Assembly: GCA_035285545.1 (NCBI GenBank)
Contig: JAYKGY010000104.1
Span: 96,001-160,000 of the forward strand
Length of the DNA: 64,000 nt
Source of the DNA: Snowella sp.
GTDB lineage: Bacteria; Cyanobacteriota; Cyanobacteriia; Cyanobacteriales; Microcystaceae
Reading direction: 5' to 3'
The notes below the pieces were generated by a model, which worked only from the letters and a program-made list of their open reading frames with translations, made no database searches and was not told where the DNA came from. Within the stretch, counting starts at the first letter, position 1. The number at the start of each line of letters is the position of its first letter. The translations under genes were made by a program, and so were the position numbers. Below are positions 41,785-51,472 of the stretch, in pieces.

Positions 41785-42825
41785 TTAAGAAACAAAGGCC
41801 AATTCTTCTTTTTCCATTTCTGCCGTATAGTCTCCCCAGGTCGCCGCACTGGTTAATTGGGCACGACGATAAAAGACTTTTTGGGCTGCTGCAACGTTTT
41901 CTGGTTTGCCCCTCCAGGTTTTCATGGCAGCTTGTTGTAATGCTCGACCATAGGAAAAGGTGAGATTCCAAGGGAGTTGCCCTTTAAATAACCGATTCAT
42001 GGCATTAAGATGGGCTGTGGCCCGTTCGTCACTTTGTCCCCCTGAGAGAAAAGCACAACCCGGAACCGAGGCAGGAACGCGATCGCGCAAACAATGAACG
42101 GTTAAACTTGCCACTTCTTCGACGCTGGCTTGTTGGGGGCAATCCATACCGGCAATGACCATACTGGGTTTGAGGATCATTTGATCGAGTTGAACATTGT
42201 AGAGATAGAGCCGATCAAATACATGCTGAAGAACGTCTTGGTGAACGACGAAACTCCGTTCAATAGTGTGATTGGCATCCATTAATACTTCCGGCTCGAC
42301 AATGGGAACCAATCCCCCTTCTTGGCACAGGGCGGCATAACGGGCTAAGGCATCGGCATTGGCTTCGAGCGCAACCGGAGAAGGGGTCTGTTCAGTAATG
42401 CGAAAAACTGCCCGCCATTTGGCAAATCGCGCCCCCAAATCGTAATATTCAGCAATGCGATCGCGTAAACCGTCCAATCCTTCTGTGATCAATTCCTGAG
42501 AGCTTCCGGCTAAGGGTTTGGTGCCACCATCTAATTTAATCCCCGGAATAATGCCTGCATTGATTAATAACTGAGGAAAAGCTATCCCCGCTTGGGTAAA
42601 TTGGCGAATGGTTTCATCAAATAAAATAACGCCACTTAGAAATTGATTGATATGGGGCGTAGTCAAGAGCATTCCACGGTAAGCACGCCGCATTGCTTCG
42701 GTTGTAGGAATTCCTAACGATTGAAAGCGTTTATTGGCAGTTCCAAAACTTTCATCAGCCGCTAAGATGCCTTTGCCTTTGACGACCATTGCTTTGGCTA
42801 TTGCTTGCATTTCCGCTACAGACAT
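41785..42825 (-). CDS. Class I fructose-bisphosphate aldolase
   Basis: KGILAADES, FAKWRAV, PIVEPEV, FSYGRALQ. Confidence 0.95.
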   Translation of the reverse strand: MSVAEMQAIAKAMVVKGKGILAADESFGTANKRFQSLGIPTTEAMRRAYRGMLLTTPHINQFLSGVILFDETIRQFTQAGIAFPQLLINAGIIPGIKLDGGTKPLAGSSQELITEGLDGLRDRIAEYYDLGARFAKWRAVFRITEQTPSPVALEANADALARYAALCQEGGLVPIVEPEVLMDANHTIERSFVVHQDVLQHVFDRLYLYNVQLDQMILKPSMVIAGMDCPQQASVEEVASLTVHCLRDRVPASVPGCAFLSGGQSDERATAHLNAMNRLFKGQLPWNLTFSYGRALQQAAMKTWRGKPENVAAAQKVFYRRAQLTSAATWGDYTAEMEKEELAFVS

Positions 42826-43022
42826 GATGTCACCACCTTAAAACAATACAAGTGCTTTTCCCCTAGTACGCGATCGCCCAGACCTTGGAATGAAGGGGAT
42901 CAATTACGGCTGAACTGCTTTGATCCTAGCTTGCAACTTTCTCAGGGGATTTAAGTTTCATTCTTCCGAAATAGGTAAGATCAGCGACAGTGGCTCGTTT
43001 CCCAAATCCATTACCCAATCCA

Positions 43023-44870
43023 TTAATTTTTAAGGGGAGAGTGTTGCTTAAACCAGTACCAAAGCTTTTTAAGGTTTTCTTCTAACCAAAGAATGCCCAC
43101 ATCTAACCACTCTAGAATCCGTTCTAAGGGGTGTTTAATATAACCAATGGGTTTGGCTTCGGTTTCTATCCAATCCGGTGTGGCTTCTAAGTCCGTGTTA
43201 AAAGTCTGGGTAGGGGTGAGCGCGATCGCGATTTCGTCTTCCCACATCTCTTCGGGTTTAGGAATTGTTAAGGTATGGTTCGTTGATGTCGGGGCGTTTG
43301 TAACTGAATGAGCAGGAGAGGGAGAAACAGGACGACGAATAGGGGGACTTTGACGAGATTTTTTTTGAATTTTATGGGATTTAGAACTATTTAACTTTTT
43401 CTGTCGAGGAATGCCTTGTAAGGGAAGAGGGTTTGTATTTTCGGTGGACGTAACGGGAGCGGCTTCTGTCGTAACGTCAATAAATAAATCTTCCCAGGTT
43501 AACCAGGGGTCTTCAATCTTCTCTGTTGAACCGTTTAACTTATTTTGAGCCGGTTTCGCAAATTGAGACGATCTAGCTTGTTGACCAAAAAAGTAGGCGA
43601 TCGCCGCTTGAATTAAAACCTGAATTTGAAACGGATCGGGTTCACGGGATTCAAGGGCTTGGGAGCGAATAGGTAAATTGCTGGCTTCAGTTGGTTCAGA
43701 AGGAGAAAAAAGATGGGGTAAATTCGCAGGCGTTAGTTGTGGCCAGGAAACTTTGGCCAACACTTCCGTATTAAATCGCTGGAGCGCAGGCGGAATTTCT
43801 ATATATTGGGCTAACTCTCCGGTTTTTTCTAGGGCAGATTCGACTAACGGAGACGCTTGAACCCGCTGCAATCCCTGTTGAACTTGTTGAAAAATTTGCT
43901 GTCTCCATTGAATTTCCTGATTTTCTAAGGAGGAAACCCGTTGATCCAAATTATCGAGTAACTTTTTACCTGGGACTAAAGCGGAAGCAGAGACAGGAAC
44001 AAGAGTGGAGGGCTTCCATGGGGGCAGTTGGGGCTTAAACTCTTGAGTTTCTAGCCAATGCAAGGTTTTCCAAAGCCATTGGACAGGGGGTAAAACGGTG
44101 TCATTTTTGGCATCAACTAAGGGAATTAAACCCAAGGTTTTCTGGGAGATCGACCACTGTAAGCGTCGTTCGTACCAATAGTTGGCTAGTTCGGAACGCA
44201 ACGCCTGTTGCAAGGTTTGCTGTTGCTCAGGAGAAAGAACATCAAGAACGTCATTATCCGTCGTCGTTAAAACCAATTGGCGCGTATCGAGGGCGCAAGC
44301 CAGCCCCTGAATGATTAAATCCTTGGGTTTGTCGTTGGCAAAAAGGTTCTTAATGGGCGTGGTTAATTGGCTAAACCCTAATTTGGGTAAAGGTTTTTGA
44401 AATTCTAAAGTAGATTGTTCTGCAACATTAGCCTGAAGGGACGCTTCTAGATGTTGTTGAATTTGTTCAAAAAACTGATGGGAAAGGATAATTTGTTTTT
44501 TAGCACTTTTCTCTTCTGATGAAAGCGTTTTGGGCGAGGATGGTAACTCAGGAATTTCAAACCACGGCTCAATGGTGGTTAAAATTTTCTCCAAGGGCTG
44601 ATCAACGGGAGGATAGGATGGGTCGGTATCGGCAACAGAAGACGGTAAGACGTTAGGGTTTGAATTAGAAGCACCTGCCCCTAATGTGGGCCCATTCCAT
44701 TGTTGGGGATGCAAAAGCCAATAAAACGGAGAAATCAGAATCTGCGCGCTCCATTCTGCCGCAACTTTAAGATGTCGAAAGGTTTCCCCCAAGCGATCGC
44801 GGAGTTGTAAAGACTGACGATTGAGGAAATTAAAAAGACGACTTTTATAAGGACGGCTAGAGACTGACAT
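43023..44870 (-). CDS. Conserved cyanobacterial hypothetical protein
   Basis: Long ORF; YKSRLFNFL N-terminus and GYIKHPLERILEWLD C-terminus. Confidence 0.75.
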   Translation of the reverse strand: MSVSSRPYKSRLFNFLNRQSLQLRDRLGETFRHLKVAAEWSAQILISPFYWLLHPQQWNGPTLGAGASNSNPNVLPSSVADTDPSYPPVDQPLEKILTTIEPWFEIPELPSSPKTLSSEEKSAKKQIILSHQFFEQIQQHLEASLQANVAEQSTLEFQKPLPKLGFSQLTTPIKNLFANDKPKDLIIQGLACALDTRQLVLTTTDNDVLDVLSPEQQQTLQQALRSELANYWYERRLQWSISQKTLGLIPLVDAKNDTVLPPVQWLWKTLHWLETQEFKPQLPPWKPSTLVPVSASALVPGKKLLDNLDQRVSSLENQEIQWRQQIFQQVQQGLQRVQASPLVESALEKTGELAQYIEIPPALQRFNTEVLAKVSWPQLTPANLPHLFSPSEPTEASNLPIRSQALESREPDPFQIQVLIQAAIAYFFGQQARSSQFAKPAQNKLNGSTEKIEDPWLTWEDLFIDVTTEAAPVTSTENTNPLPLQGIPRQKKLNSSKSHKIQKKSRQSPPIRRPVSPSPAHSVTNAPTSTNHTLTIPKPEEMWEDEIAIALTPTQTFNTDLEATPDWIETEAKPIGYIKHPLERILEWLDVGILWLEENLKKLWYWFKQHSPLKN

Positions 44871-45046
44871 CGAATTACGGGGAGATCCTAACAAAATCCA
44901 GGAATATCAGCACTATTTTTAACATGAGCAAAATAAGAGAATTATTTTTAACCCAAGGTAGCACCTCATCTAAGATTAACAGGAATTCTTCCGATTCGGG
45001 CCCTTGTCCATGAGGTTTTAAATAAGATTTACAACGCAAATCGCTT

Positions 45047-46624
45047 TTATTCCTGTAGGGTTCCATCCATTGCAATTTGGGGCAAAATTAGCACGTAACG
45101 GTAACCCGATTCTGGAGAACCTTGAATGACCACCTTACCGCCATGACTTTCCGCTAAATAACACCCTAACAGTAATCCGAGCAGCTTTTGCGGTTTTTCT
45201 TGACCCGAATTTGGCCCATTGGTTAATTGCAACAAAATAGCCTCTAGGGAGACAACCGTTAATGCCTTTTCTTTAACCGGATGGTGTTGTTCCGTTAAGA
45301 TTTTTAAATCCTGGGTTTGGTCGTAATGTTGGGAAAAAGAAAGGCAGGATTGATCAAAGGAATTTTCCGCTTCCAGGGTTAAGGGGGGTTGCCAATGAAT
45401 ATGGGGTAAGCCATCCCCTATCCAAGGGTGGTACATCCACAGCGCAATATGAAGGTTTTGGGAGCGATGGGAAATATGAACCCGAATTTCACCGTCTGGC
45501 TCTGACGCATCAATAATACTGATGACTAAATAGTAGAGTGCTTGATGAACTTTGGTTTTATCCAATAACCAAACCCGTTTGCCTGGCTCAGCGGAGAGGC
45601 GGATTTCTTGGCGTTTTTGTTTGGCAATTTCTGATAGACTGTTCAACGCTTTTTGGGCTAGCATTTCCACGTTTATGGGTGTTAACTCCAATTGAGAGGA
45701 AGTTTCTTCCAATGCCCCAATTTTTAACACTTCTTCGACAAGTACATTCATATACTCGCCACTACGATGGATAATTTCTAAATATTCCCGTTGTTTATCG
45801 TTGAGTTTGCCAAAAACTCCCCCTTTGAGAACGCTAGACATTCCGATCACGGCAGTCAAGGGAGTACGAATTTCCTGGGTCAATTGATTGATTAATTTCA
45901 GTTTGATGTGATCCAATGATCGCATGAAATCACTTTTGGGGCTATTTCCCTGTTTGTCCGTCAAGGGCGCGATCGCCGAGGATAATTTTCTTTCAAGAAG
46001 ATGGGCTTCCTGGGTAATTTCAGTTTGACGTTTAAACCAATAATTCCGCTCAAATTCCCCCATACACCAACGGGCAGTGATGCTCAAAAATTCAAGCTCA
46101 CGGAGAGAAAAATGGCGAGGGTTTAAATCCATTAGCCCTAAACTGCCGATACATTGTCCGGCGGCTGTTATCAAGGGAACGCCTAAATAGCTACGAATCC
46201 CATAATCCTGGGCCAAACTACTTTCAGCAAAAACGGTTTCTCGCCAAGTATCTTCAATGTTCAGGGATTGTTGACTATCGACAACATAGGTACAAAACGC
46301 TTCTGGTCGGGAAATTTTGCGTTCACTCGCTAACCGATTCATTAAACCGAGTCGGGATAACCCAACGGCTGATTTAATCCACACCTGATCAAACACCATG
46401 AGCGTCAAAATACACATAGGACACTCGATAAAACGAGCAGCCATTTGCGTCGCCTCATCAAAAATGGGGATGCTTTCCATTTCCAATAGGCCTAATTTTT
46501 TTAACGTCGTCACTCGGTTTTGTTCACGCACAGTCGGCGATAGTCCGTCTAGTTTACAGAAAAGACGATTGGTCATCTCTGTAGCCGTGATGGTTATCCC
46601 GAAGTCAAGGGTGGGTACGTGCAT
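45047..46624 (-). CDS. GAF-domain histidine-kinase-like protein (degenerate H-box)
   Basis: GAF domain (FCTYVV...SYLGVPL); HisKA-like QEIRTPLT. Confidence 0.8.
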   Translation of the reverse strand: MHVPTLDFGITITATEMTNRLFCKLDGLSPTVREQNRVTTLKKLGLLEMESIPIFDEATQMAARFIECPMCILTLMVFDQVWIKSAVGLSRLGLMNRLASERKISRPEAFCTYVVDSQQSLNIEDTWRETVFAESSLAQDYGIRSYLGVPLITAAGQCIGSLGLMDLNPRHFSLRELEFLSITARWCMGEFERNYWFKRQTEITQEAHLLERKLSSAIAPLTDKQGNSPKSDFMRSLDHIKLKLINQLTQEIRTPLTAVIGMSSVLKGGVFGKLNDKQREYLEIIHRSGEYMNVLVEEVLKIGALEETSSQLELTPINVEMLAQKALNSLSEIAKQKRQEIRLSAEPGKRVWLLDKTKVHQALYYLVISIIDASEPDGEIRVHISHRSQNLHIALWMYHPWIGDGLPHIHWQPPLTLEAENSFDQSCLSFSQHYDQTQDLKILTEQHHPVKEKALTVVSLEAILLQLTNGPNSGQEKPQKLLGLLLGCYLAESHGGKVVIQGSPESGYRYVLILPQIAMDGTLQE

Positions 46625-46810
46625 CGTTAATTTTCTCTTAGTCCAACAGGGGGAACAGAAGTTAAATCAACCTACAGGTCTTCAGCTTATTAACAGTTAT
46701 GGATAAAAAGATTGTCATAGGCTGAGAAGCTGTGAGTCGTTGCTAGCGGGTGATCTGGTTTTAGTATTCCCGAATACGACGAAGAACAAACATTTTTTAA
46801 AAAATTTTTC

Positions 46811-47449
46811 TTAATGCTTTTTCAGTAAATTTTCTAGGTGCTGACGTTCTCTTGAATTGAGTTCTCGCCATTCCCCCGTAGACAACCCTTGTAAATTCAG
46901 TTCAGTCTGGGGCTGATTAAACTTTCGAGCAGGGGCTGAAGATTCTAAGGCGATCGCAACTCGAACCAAACGGAGGGTAGGGAACCCAATGGCGGCGGTC
47001 ATCCTTCTCACTTGACGATTTCGGCCTTCGGTTAAGGTGATTTCTAACCAACAGGTGGGAACATTTTTGCGATAACGAATGGGCGGATCTCTGGGAGGCA
47101 GATCGGGATCAGGATCTAAAATTTTGGCGATCGCGGGACGAGTCCGATAATCTTGGATAGTTAAGCCTTGACGGAGGGGCTGGAGGTCGGCATCGGTGGG
47201 AATACGTTCAACCTGTACCCAATAGGTGCGGGGATGGGCAAACTGACGGTGGGCTAAACGGTGTTGTAAACGGCCATTGTTGGTTAATAGCAATAACCCT
47301 TCACTGTCGTAATCCAGACGACCCACCGGATACACATCGGGAATATCAATATAGTCTTTCAGCGTAGGACGAGGAGAATTGTCAGAACTATTATCAGTAA
47401 ATTGGCACAGTACCCCGTAGGGTTTATAAAACAAAATGTAATGAAACAT
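46811..47449 (-). CDS. RsuA/RluE-family pseudouridine synthase
   Basis: [24 protein letters not shown]. Confidence 0.92.
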   Translation of the reverse strand: MFHYILFYKPYGVLCQFTDNSSDNSPRPTLKDYIDIPDVYPVGRLDYDSEGLLLLTNNGRLQHRLAHRQFAHPRTYWVQVERIPTDADLQPLRQGLTIQDYRTRPAIAKILDPDPDLPPRDPPIRYRKNVPTCWLEITLTEGRNRQVRRMTAAIGFPTLRLVRVAIALESSAPARKFNQPQTELNLQGLSTGEWRELNSRERQHLENLLKKH

Positions 47450-47480
47450 GGGCAAAAAAAGATTTAAACCAACCAAAGCA

Positions 47481-47533
47481 TAATCCCCCCAGACCTCCTA
47501 TTAAGAGGGAAAGCCGATAGGCGGGGGGATTTA
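47481..47533. repeat. GC-rich hairpin dispersed repeat (REP-like), copy 2
   Basis: AATCCCCCC...GGGGGGATT hairpin; shares 18 bp with 36814-36831. Confidence 0.6.
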
Positions 47534-47572
47534 CTTAAATTGCTAATGTAAGGTTAACTTTTTAGGATTGCC

Positions 47573-48502
47573 TTATAACGGAAGCAAGTTATGAACGATG
47601 GGTAAACTATCCACAATCATGGCCAGACAAAGCAGCATCATGTAAAAAATCGAGTATTTAAACAGCGATCGCGCCAATTCTTTATCTTGAGGAGCCTGCT
47701 TAACTTGCCAAGCTTTGACGATAAATTGATACCCCAAAATCACAGCAGAAATGGCATAAAAAATTCCAGATTGATGGAGCGGATAGACCAATAGGAAACT
47801 TAAGGGGACAACGAGCAAGGTATAAATCCAGATTTGTTTAACAGTCGCTTCTTCCCCTTCGATCACGGGTAACATGGGCACGTTGACTTGAGCATAGTCA
47901 TCTTTGATCATTAATGCCAACGCCCAGAAATGGGGAGGAGTCCAGAGGAAAATGAGGGTAAATAATAACCAAGGTGTCCAACCGAGATCGCCTGTCACAG
48001 CAGCCCAACCCACCAGCGGCGGAATCGATCCAGCGGCTCCCCCAATGACAATATTTTGGGTGGTGTGGCGTTTGAGAAAATGGGTATAGATGATCATATA
48101 AAAAGCAATACCCGATAAGGCCAAAAATCCACTGAGAAGATTAATAAAAAGGGCAAATAAACTAAAGGAAATCGCGCCTAAAATCAATCCAAAAATTAAA
48201 GCATGGCGGGGTTGTACTCGACCCGAAGGAATTGGACGCTCCCGTGTTCTCAGCATTTCATAATCAATATCTTGATCGTAAATGCAATTAAAGGTCTGAG
48301 CCGAAGCTGCCGCCAAGGTTCCGCCCAATAAGGTAATCAATAATTTAAATAAATCTACCCGTCCTTCCGATGCAATCCACATTGAAGCGGCTGTGGTAAT
48401 TAATAATAGGGGAATAATACGGGGTTTTGTTAATTGATAATAGCTTTTAACCACGTCTAAAAAAGTTTCGTGGCGGCGTTCCAGTTTTGTAATAATAACC
48501 AT
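47573..48502 (-). CDS. ctaB: Heme o synthase (protoheme IX farnesyltransferase)
   Basis: LTKPRII, DQDIDYEMLRT..RP, WTPPHFWAL. Confidence 0.95.
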   Translation of the reverse strand: MVIITKLERRHETFLDVVKSYYQLTKPRIIPLLLITTAASMWIASEGRVDLFKLLITLLGGTLAAASAQTFNCIYDQDIDYEMLRTRERPIPSGRVQPRHALIFGLILGAISFSLFALFINLLSGFLALSGIAFYMIIYTHFLKRHTTQNIVIGGAAGSIPPLVGWAAVTGDLGWTPWLLFTLIFLWTPPHFWALALMIKDDYAQVNVPMLPVIEGEEATVKQIWIYTLLVVPLSFLLVYPLHQSGIFYAISAVILGYQFIVKAWQVKQAPQDKELARSLFKYSIFYMMLLCLAMIVDSLPIVHNLLPL

Positions 48503-48533
48503 TGGCAATTTTTAGAATAGGAATGTTGAAAAA

Positions 48534-49499
48534 TTAGAGGGAATCACTTGTGATCAGGGTTGGGTCATGGGGAACACTGGGGCGATCGCTGTTCGGTTGA
48601 TAATTGCGTAAAGCCAGGGTAGTAAAGGCCACTAAGGTTCCAAATAAAGACGCACCGATTAAATGATGAGCGACAGTTAAGGGTTCCACCTGAAGATGTA
48701 AACGAAGAGTCGCGACCCCTAAAAGAATCTGTAGGGTAATTAGTCCCGCCAGCGTTAAGGCTAATGGCTGGAAAATCGGGTTGATACTGGGATTTCGTAA
48801 GGTCATCACGATCAAAATTAAGGTTGCTAAGGTTGCCGGAATAACACCGATTAAGTGGCTATTCATCACACTGCAAAGTTCCGTCAGTGCCACATTTAAG
48901 CATTGATGGACTGCCCAACGAGAACCAACAAGCCCACCTAACAAACATTGCAAATAAACAAAAACCGTTGCGATGATAGCGACTCCTCTGAAGTACCCAC
49001 TTCCCTCAAAGGGCTGTTTAGGCTGTAAGCAAAGCGCGATCGCGATCAGGCTGGCAAAGAAAAGTAGAGCAGTTCCTAAATGGGCCGTCACAATATCAAA
49101 CCGCAAAAGTTGAGTAACGGTTAAGCCACCTAATACGCCTTGAAAGAGGATTAAGCCTAATGCTCCCACCGAAGCCCAGGGCAACCAAGCAGGCAGCGAT
49201 CGCCGAAACCAAATGCTTAAACCGACTAAGCCCAAAGTGCTGAAGCCAATCAAAGCGGCATCCAGACGATGGAACCATTCCAAAAACACCTGAAGATTCA
49301 TTTGCTGGCTGGGTATCCATTGCCCGTAGCACAAGGGCCAATCAGGACAGGCTAAGCCCGCATTCATTACCCTAGTGGCACTCCCCACCGCCATTAATAG
49401 CAAGGTCGCGATCGCGATTTTCCAGACCAAACGGCGCATCCAAGTCTGGATTGGAGAAGAGTGATTCTCCTCATGACGTGGAAGAATTGATTCTGTCAT
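48534..49499 (-). CDS. ctaA: Heme A synthase (COX15/CtaA)
   Basis: GLACPDWPLC, EWFHR. Confidence 0.93.
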   Translation of the reverse strand: MTESILPRHEENHSSPIQTWMRRLVWKIAIATLLLMAVGSATRVMNAGLACPDWPLCYGQWIPSQQMNLQVFLEWFHRLDAALIGFSTLGLVGLSIWFRRSLPAWLPWASVGALGLILFQGVLGGLTVTQLLRFDIVTAHLGTALLFFASLIAIALCLQPKQPFEGSGYFRGVAIIATVFVYLQCLLGGLVGSRWAVHQCLNVALTELCSVMNSHLIGVIPATLATLILIVMTLRNPSINPIFQPLALTLAGLITLQILLGVATLRLHLQVEPLTVAHHLIGASLFGTLVAFTTLALRNYQPNSDRPSVPHDPTLITSDSL

Positions 49500-49719
49500 A
49501 GCCTCCCTAGTCTTATATTTCAAGTATTTCAATCTCTAGTAGGGATTGAGGTTTTACATACTGTCCGATTTTATCGAAGTCTTTTAGAATTAGGTATGAA
49601 TGCCCACAAAATTTCTAAAATTCTTTAGATTTTCCCTGGGATCAACCTTAAGGATGTCCCATTAATGGCTAATACTTAACAAAAAGTAATGACGATCAAT
49701 GAGGAATTAATATTGCTGG

Positions 49720-51270
49720 CTAAAGGGCATACCAATCCTTTTGAGAATCGCCATCATCCTCATTTTCAGTTTGGTCAAAATTGATCATCATGGTTTGATG
49801 AAGATTGCGTTCCTGTTGTTTTCGATGTTCTAAGTCGCTAAAAGCGATAAATTGAGTCTGGCTAGAATCGTCGGCATTATCCCCATTTTCGGATTCATTC
49901 CATTCGGCGATCGCGGGTTCTGGAACATCCAGAATATTAATAATGGCGGAGTCTGGATCGTTACGGTTAACATACTGACTGGATAACGAAGTTTCTAAAT
50001 TGTCTCTATCGTCATGGGCAAAATTTAACGATGCAATCATTTGTTCATGGGCATCCAAAATATCGATCGTTGCGGGATCATGAAGGGGTTGAGAGTTTAC
50101 TGAAGATGAATTAGCAATTAACGATTCATAGGTATGCAGTAAATCTAGAATTTTTTGCTTTAAAGGACTGGAGGCTAAAACATCGGAAGCAGATGCGGTT
50201 TGCTGAGAGTGGGCAGCCTCAACTTGTAGTTGATGAATAATCGTTTTTATCGTCGATACTAAATTCTCAGGGGTCAGCTTAGAATAATTAAGTTTTTCTG
50301 CCCACAAAAAATCTTCAATTTCCTTCAATACAGCAGGAGATAGGGAAGCACTAGCAACATTTTCTTTTCGTAAAATTTGATTAATAACTTTCCTGAGAGT
50401 CGGTACTAAATTAATCACTGTGATTTTTGAGTTTATTAAATTCTTAGCCTGAAGAAACTCTTCAATTTCTCTAAGGGAATCTTTGTAAACTCGTATCGTT
50501 TCAAGTGCCTTGTCAGATAATTCTTTGACCGGAACCTTAGTTGTATTATCATCTCTAAGTTGTAGTAATTGTTCTAACTCTAAAACAAAGCCGGCAAAAA
50601 CGCTATGGGAATCGATATCAGGCAGATCTAATGGAGTTGCTTTACGAAGGGGATCTCGTCGAATTGCAGCGATCGCTTGAAGGACGGTAGCATGAATTTT
50701 ATCTTTGATTTCCTCAGCCTTTTTTAATTGATACTGCTTGCCTTCTTCGCTGGAAACATAGAGGGCAGGTAAACGGTTTAGGGCATAGGTACAAACCTCT
50801 CCAAAAGCAATGAATTTAGCCATGTTTACGGGCAGTTTTTGCATTTCCTTATAGGCTTCTTCTTTTACCAAAAATTCCATTAAATTAAAGCAAACAAAAT
50901 TCCTTTTATCTTGAGATCCTTGAGCCTTATTAATTAATTTCTGAAGTTCAACTTGATTGATTTTTCTCACATCCATATTGTAGACAGGAAGTAGTTCCAT
51001 CACAATATCTTGAACCAGGGGGGCATAAATTTCTTGACGATTTAAATTTTTTACAACCCGAATCAGAGACGATAACAGCCGATTGATATCAGGGGTACTT
51101 TGGACGATATCAATTAATAATTGTTCTAAGGAATAGCGACCTAGAATAGTAGGTTCATTTTCCCAAGTGTCCTTCGCCAGACAATAGAGCATTTTTTTGA
51201 TTCTTGCTGCTTCTGCGTGACTCTCTAAATTCTCAGCGACTTGAGGTAACTTATCCAATGCTAAATTCAT
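49720..51270 (-). CDS. ComFB-domain fusion protein
   Basis: NLMEFLV...YALNRLPALY ComFB motif; extra N-terminal helical domain and acidic tail. Confidence 0.75.
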   Translation of the reverse strand: MNLALDKLPQVAENLESHAEAARIKKMLYCLAKDTWENEPTILGRYSLEQLLIDIVQSTPDINRLLSSLIRVVKNLNRQEIYAPLVQDIVMELLPVYNMDVRKINQVELQKLINKAQGSQDKRNFVCFNLMEFLVKEEAYKEMQKLPVNMAKFIAFGEVCTYALNRLPALYVSSEEGKQYQLKKAEEIKDKIHATVLQAIAAIRRDPLRKATPLDLPDIDSHSVFAGFVLELEQLLQLRDDNTTKVPVKELSDKALETIRVYKDSLREIEEFLQAKNLINSKITVINLVPTLRKVINQILRKENVASASLSPAVLKEIEDFLWAEKLNYSKLTPENLVSTIKTIIHQLQVEAAHSQQTASASDVLASSPLKQKILDLLHTYESLIANSSSVNSQPLHDPATIDILDAHEQMIASLNFAHDDRDNLETSLSSQYVNRNDPDSAIINILDVPEPAIAEWNESENGDNADDSSQTQFIAFSDLEHRKQQERNLHQTMMINFDQTENEDDGDSQKDWYAL

Positions 51271-51472
51271 TACTATCTCCTATTCCCATTGTTTTAGCAT
51301 CGTTGTTTTCTGTTGTCAATCCAATCAATTAAGGGCAAGAGGGATCAATATTAAAAACCTCACAAGATTGAATTCACAGAATTCCTATTTTTAATGCTTT
51401 ATGTTTTCTATTATAGTGATGAATATATTGCTAAAGCGGCTGAAGTAGCTGAAGTATCTGAGGTTTTAAACG

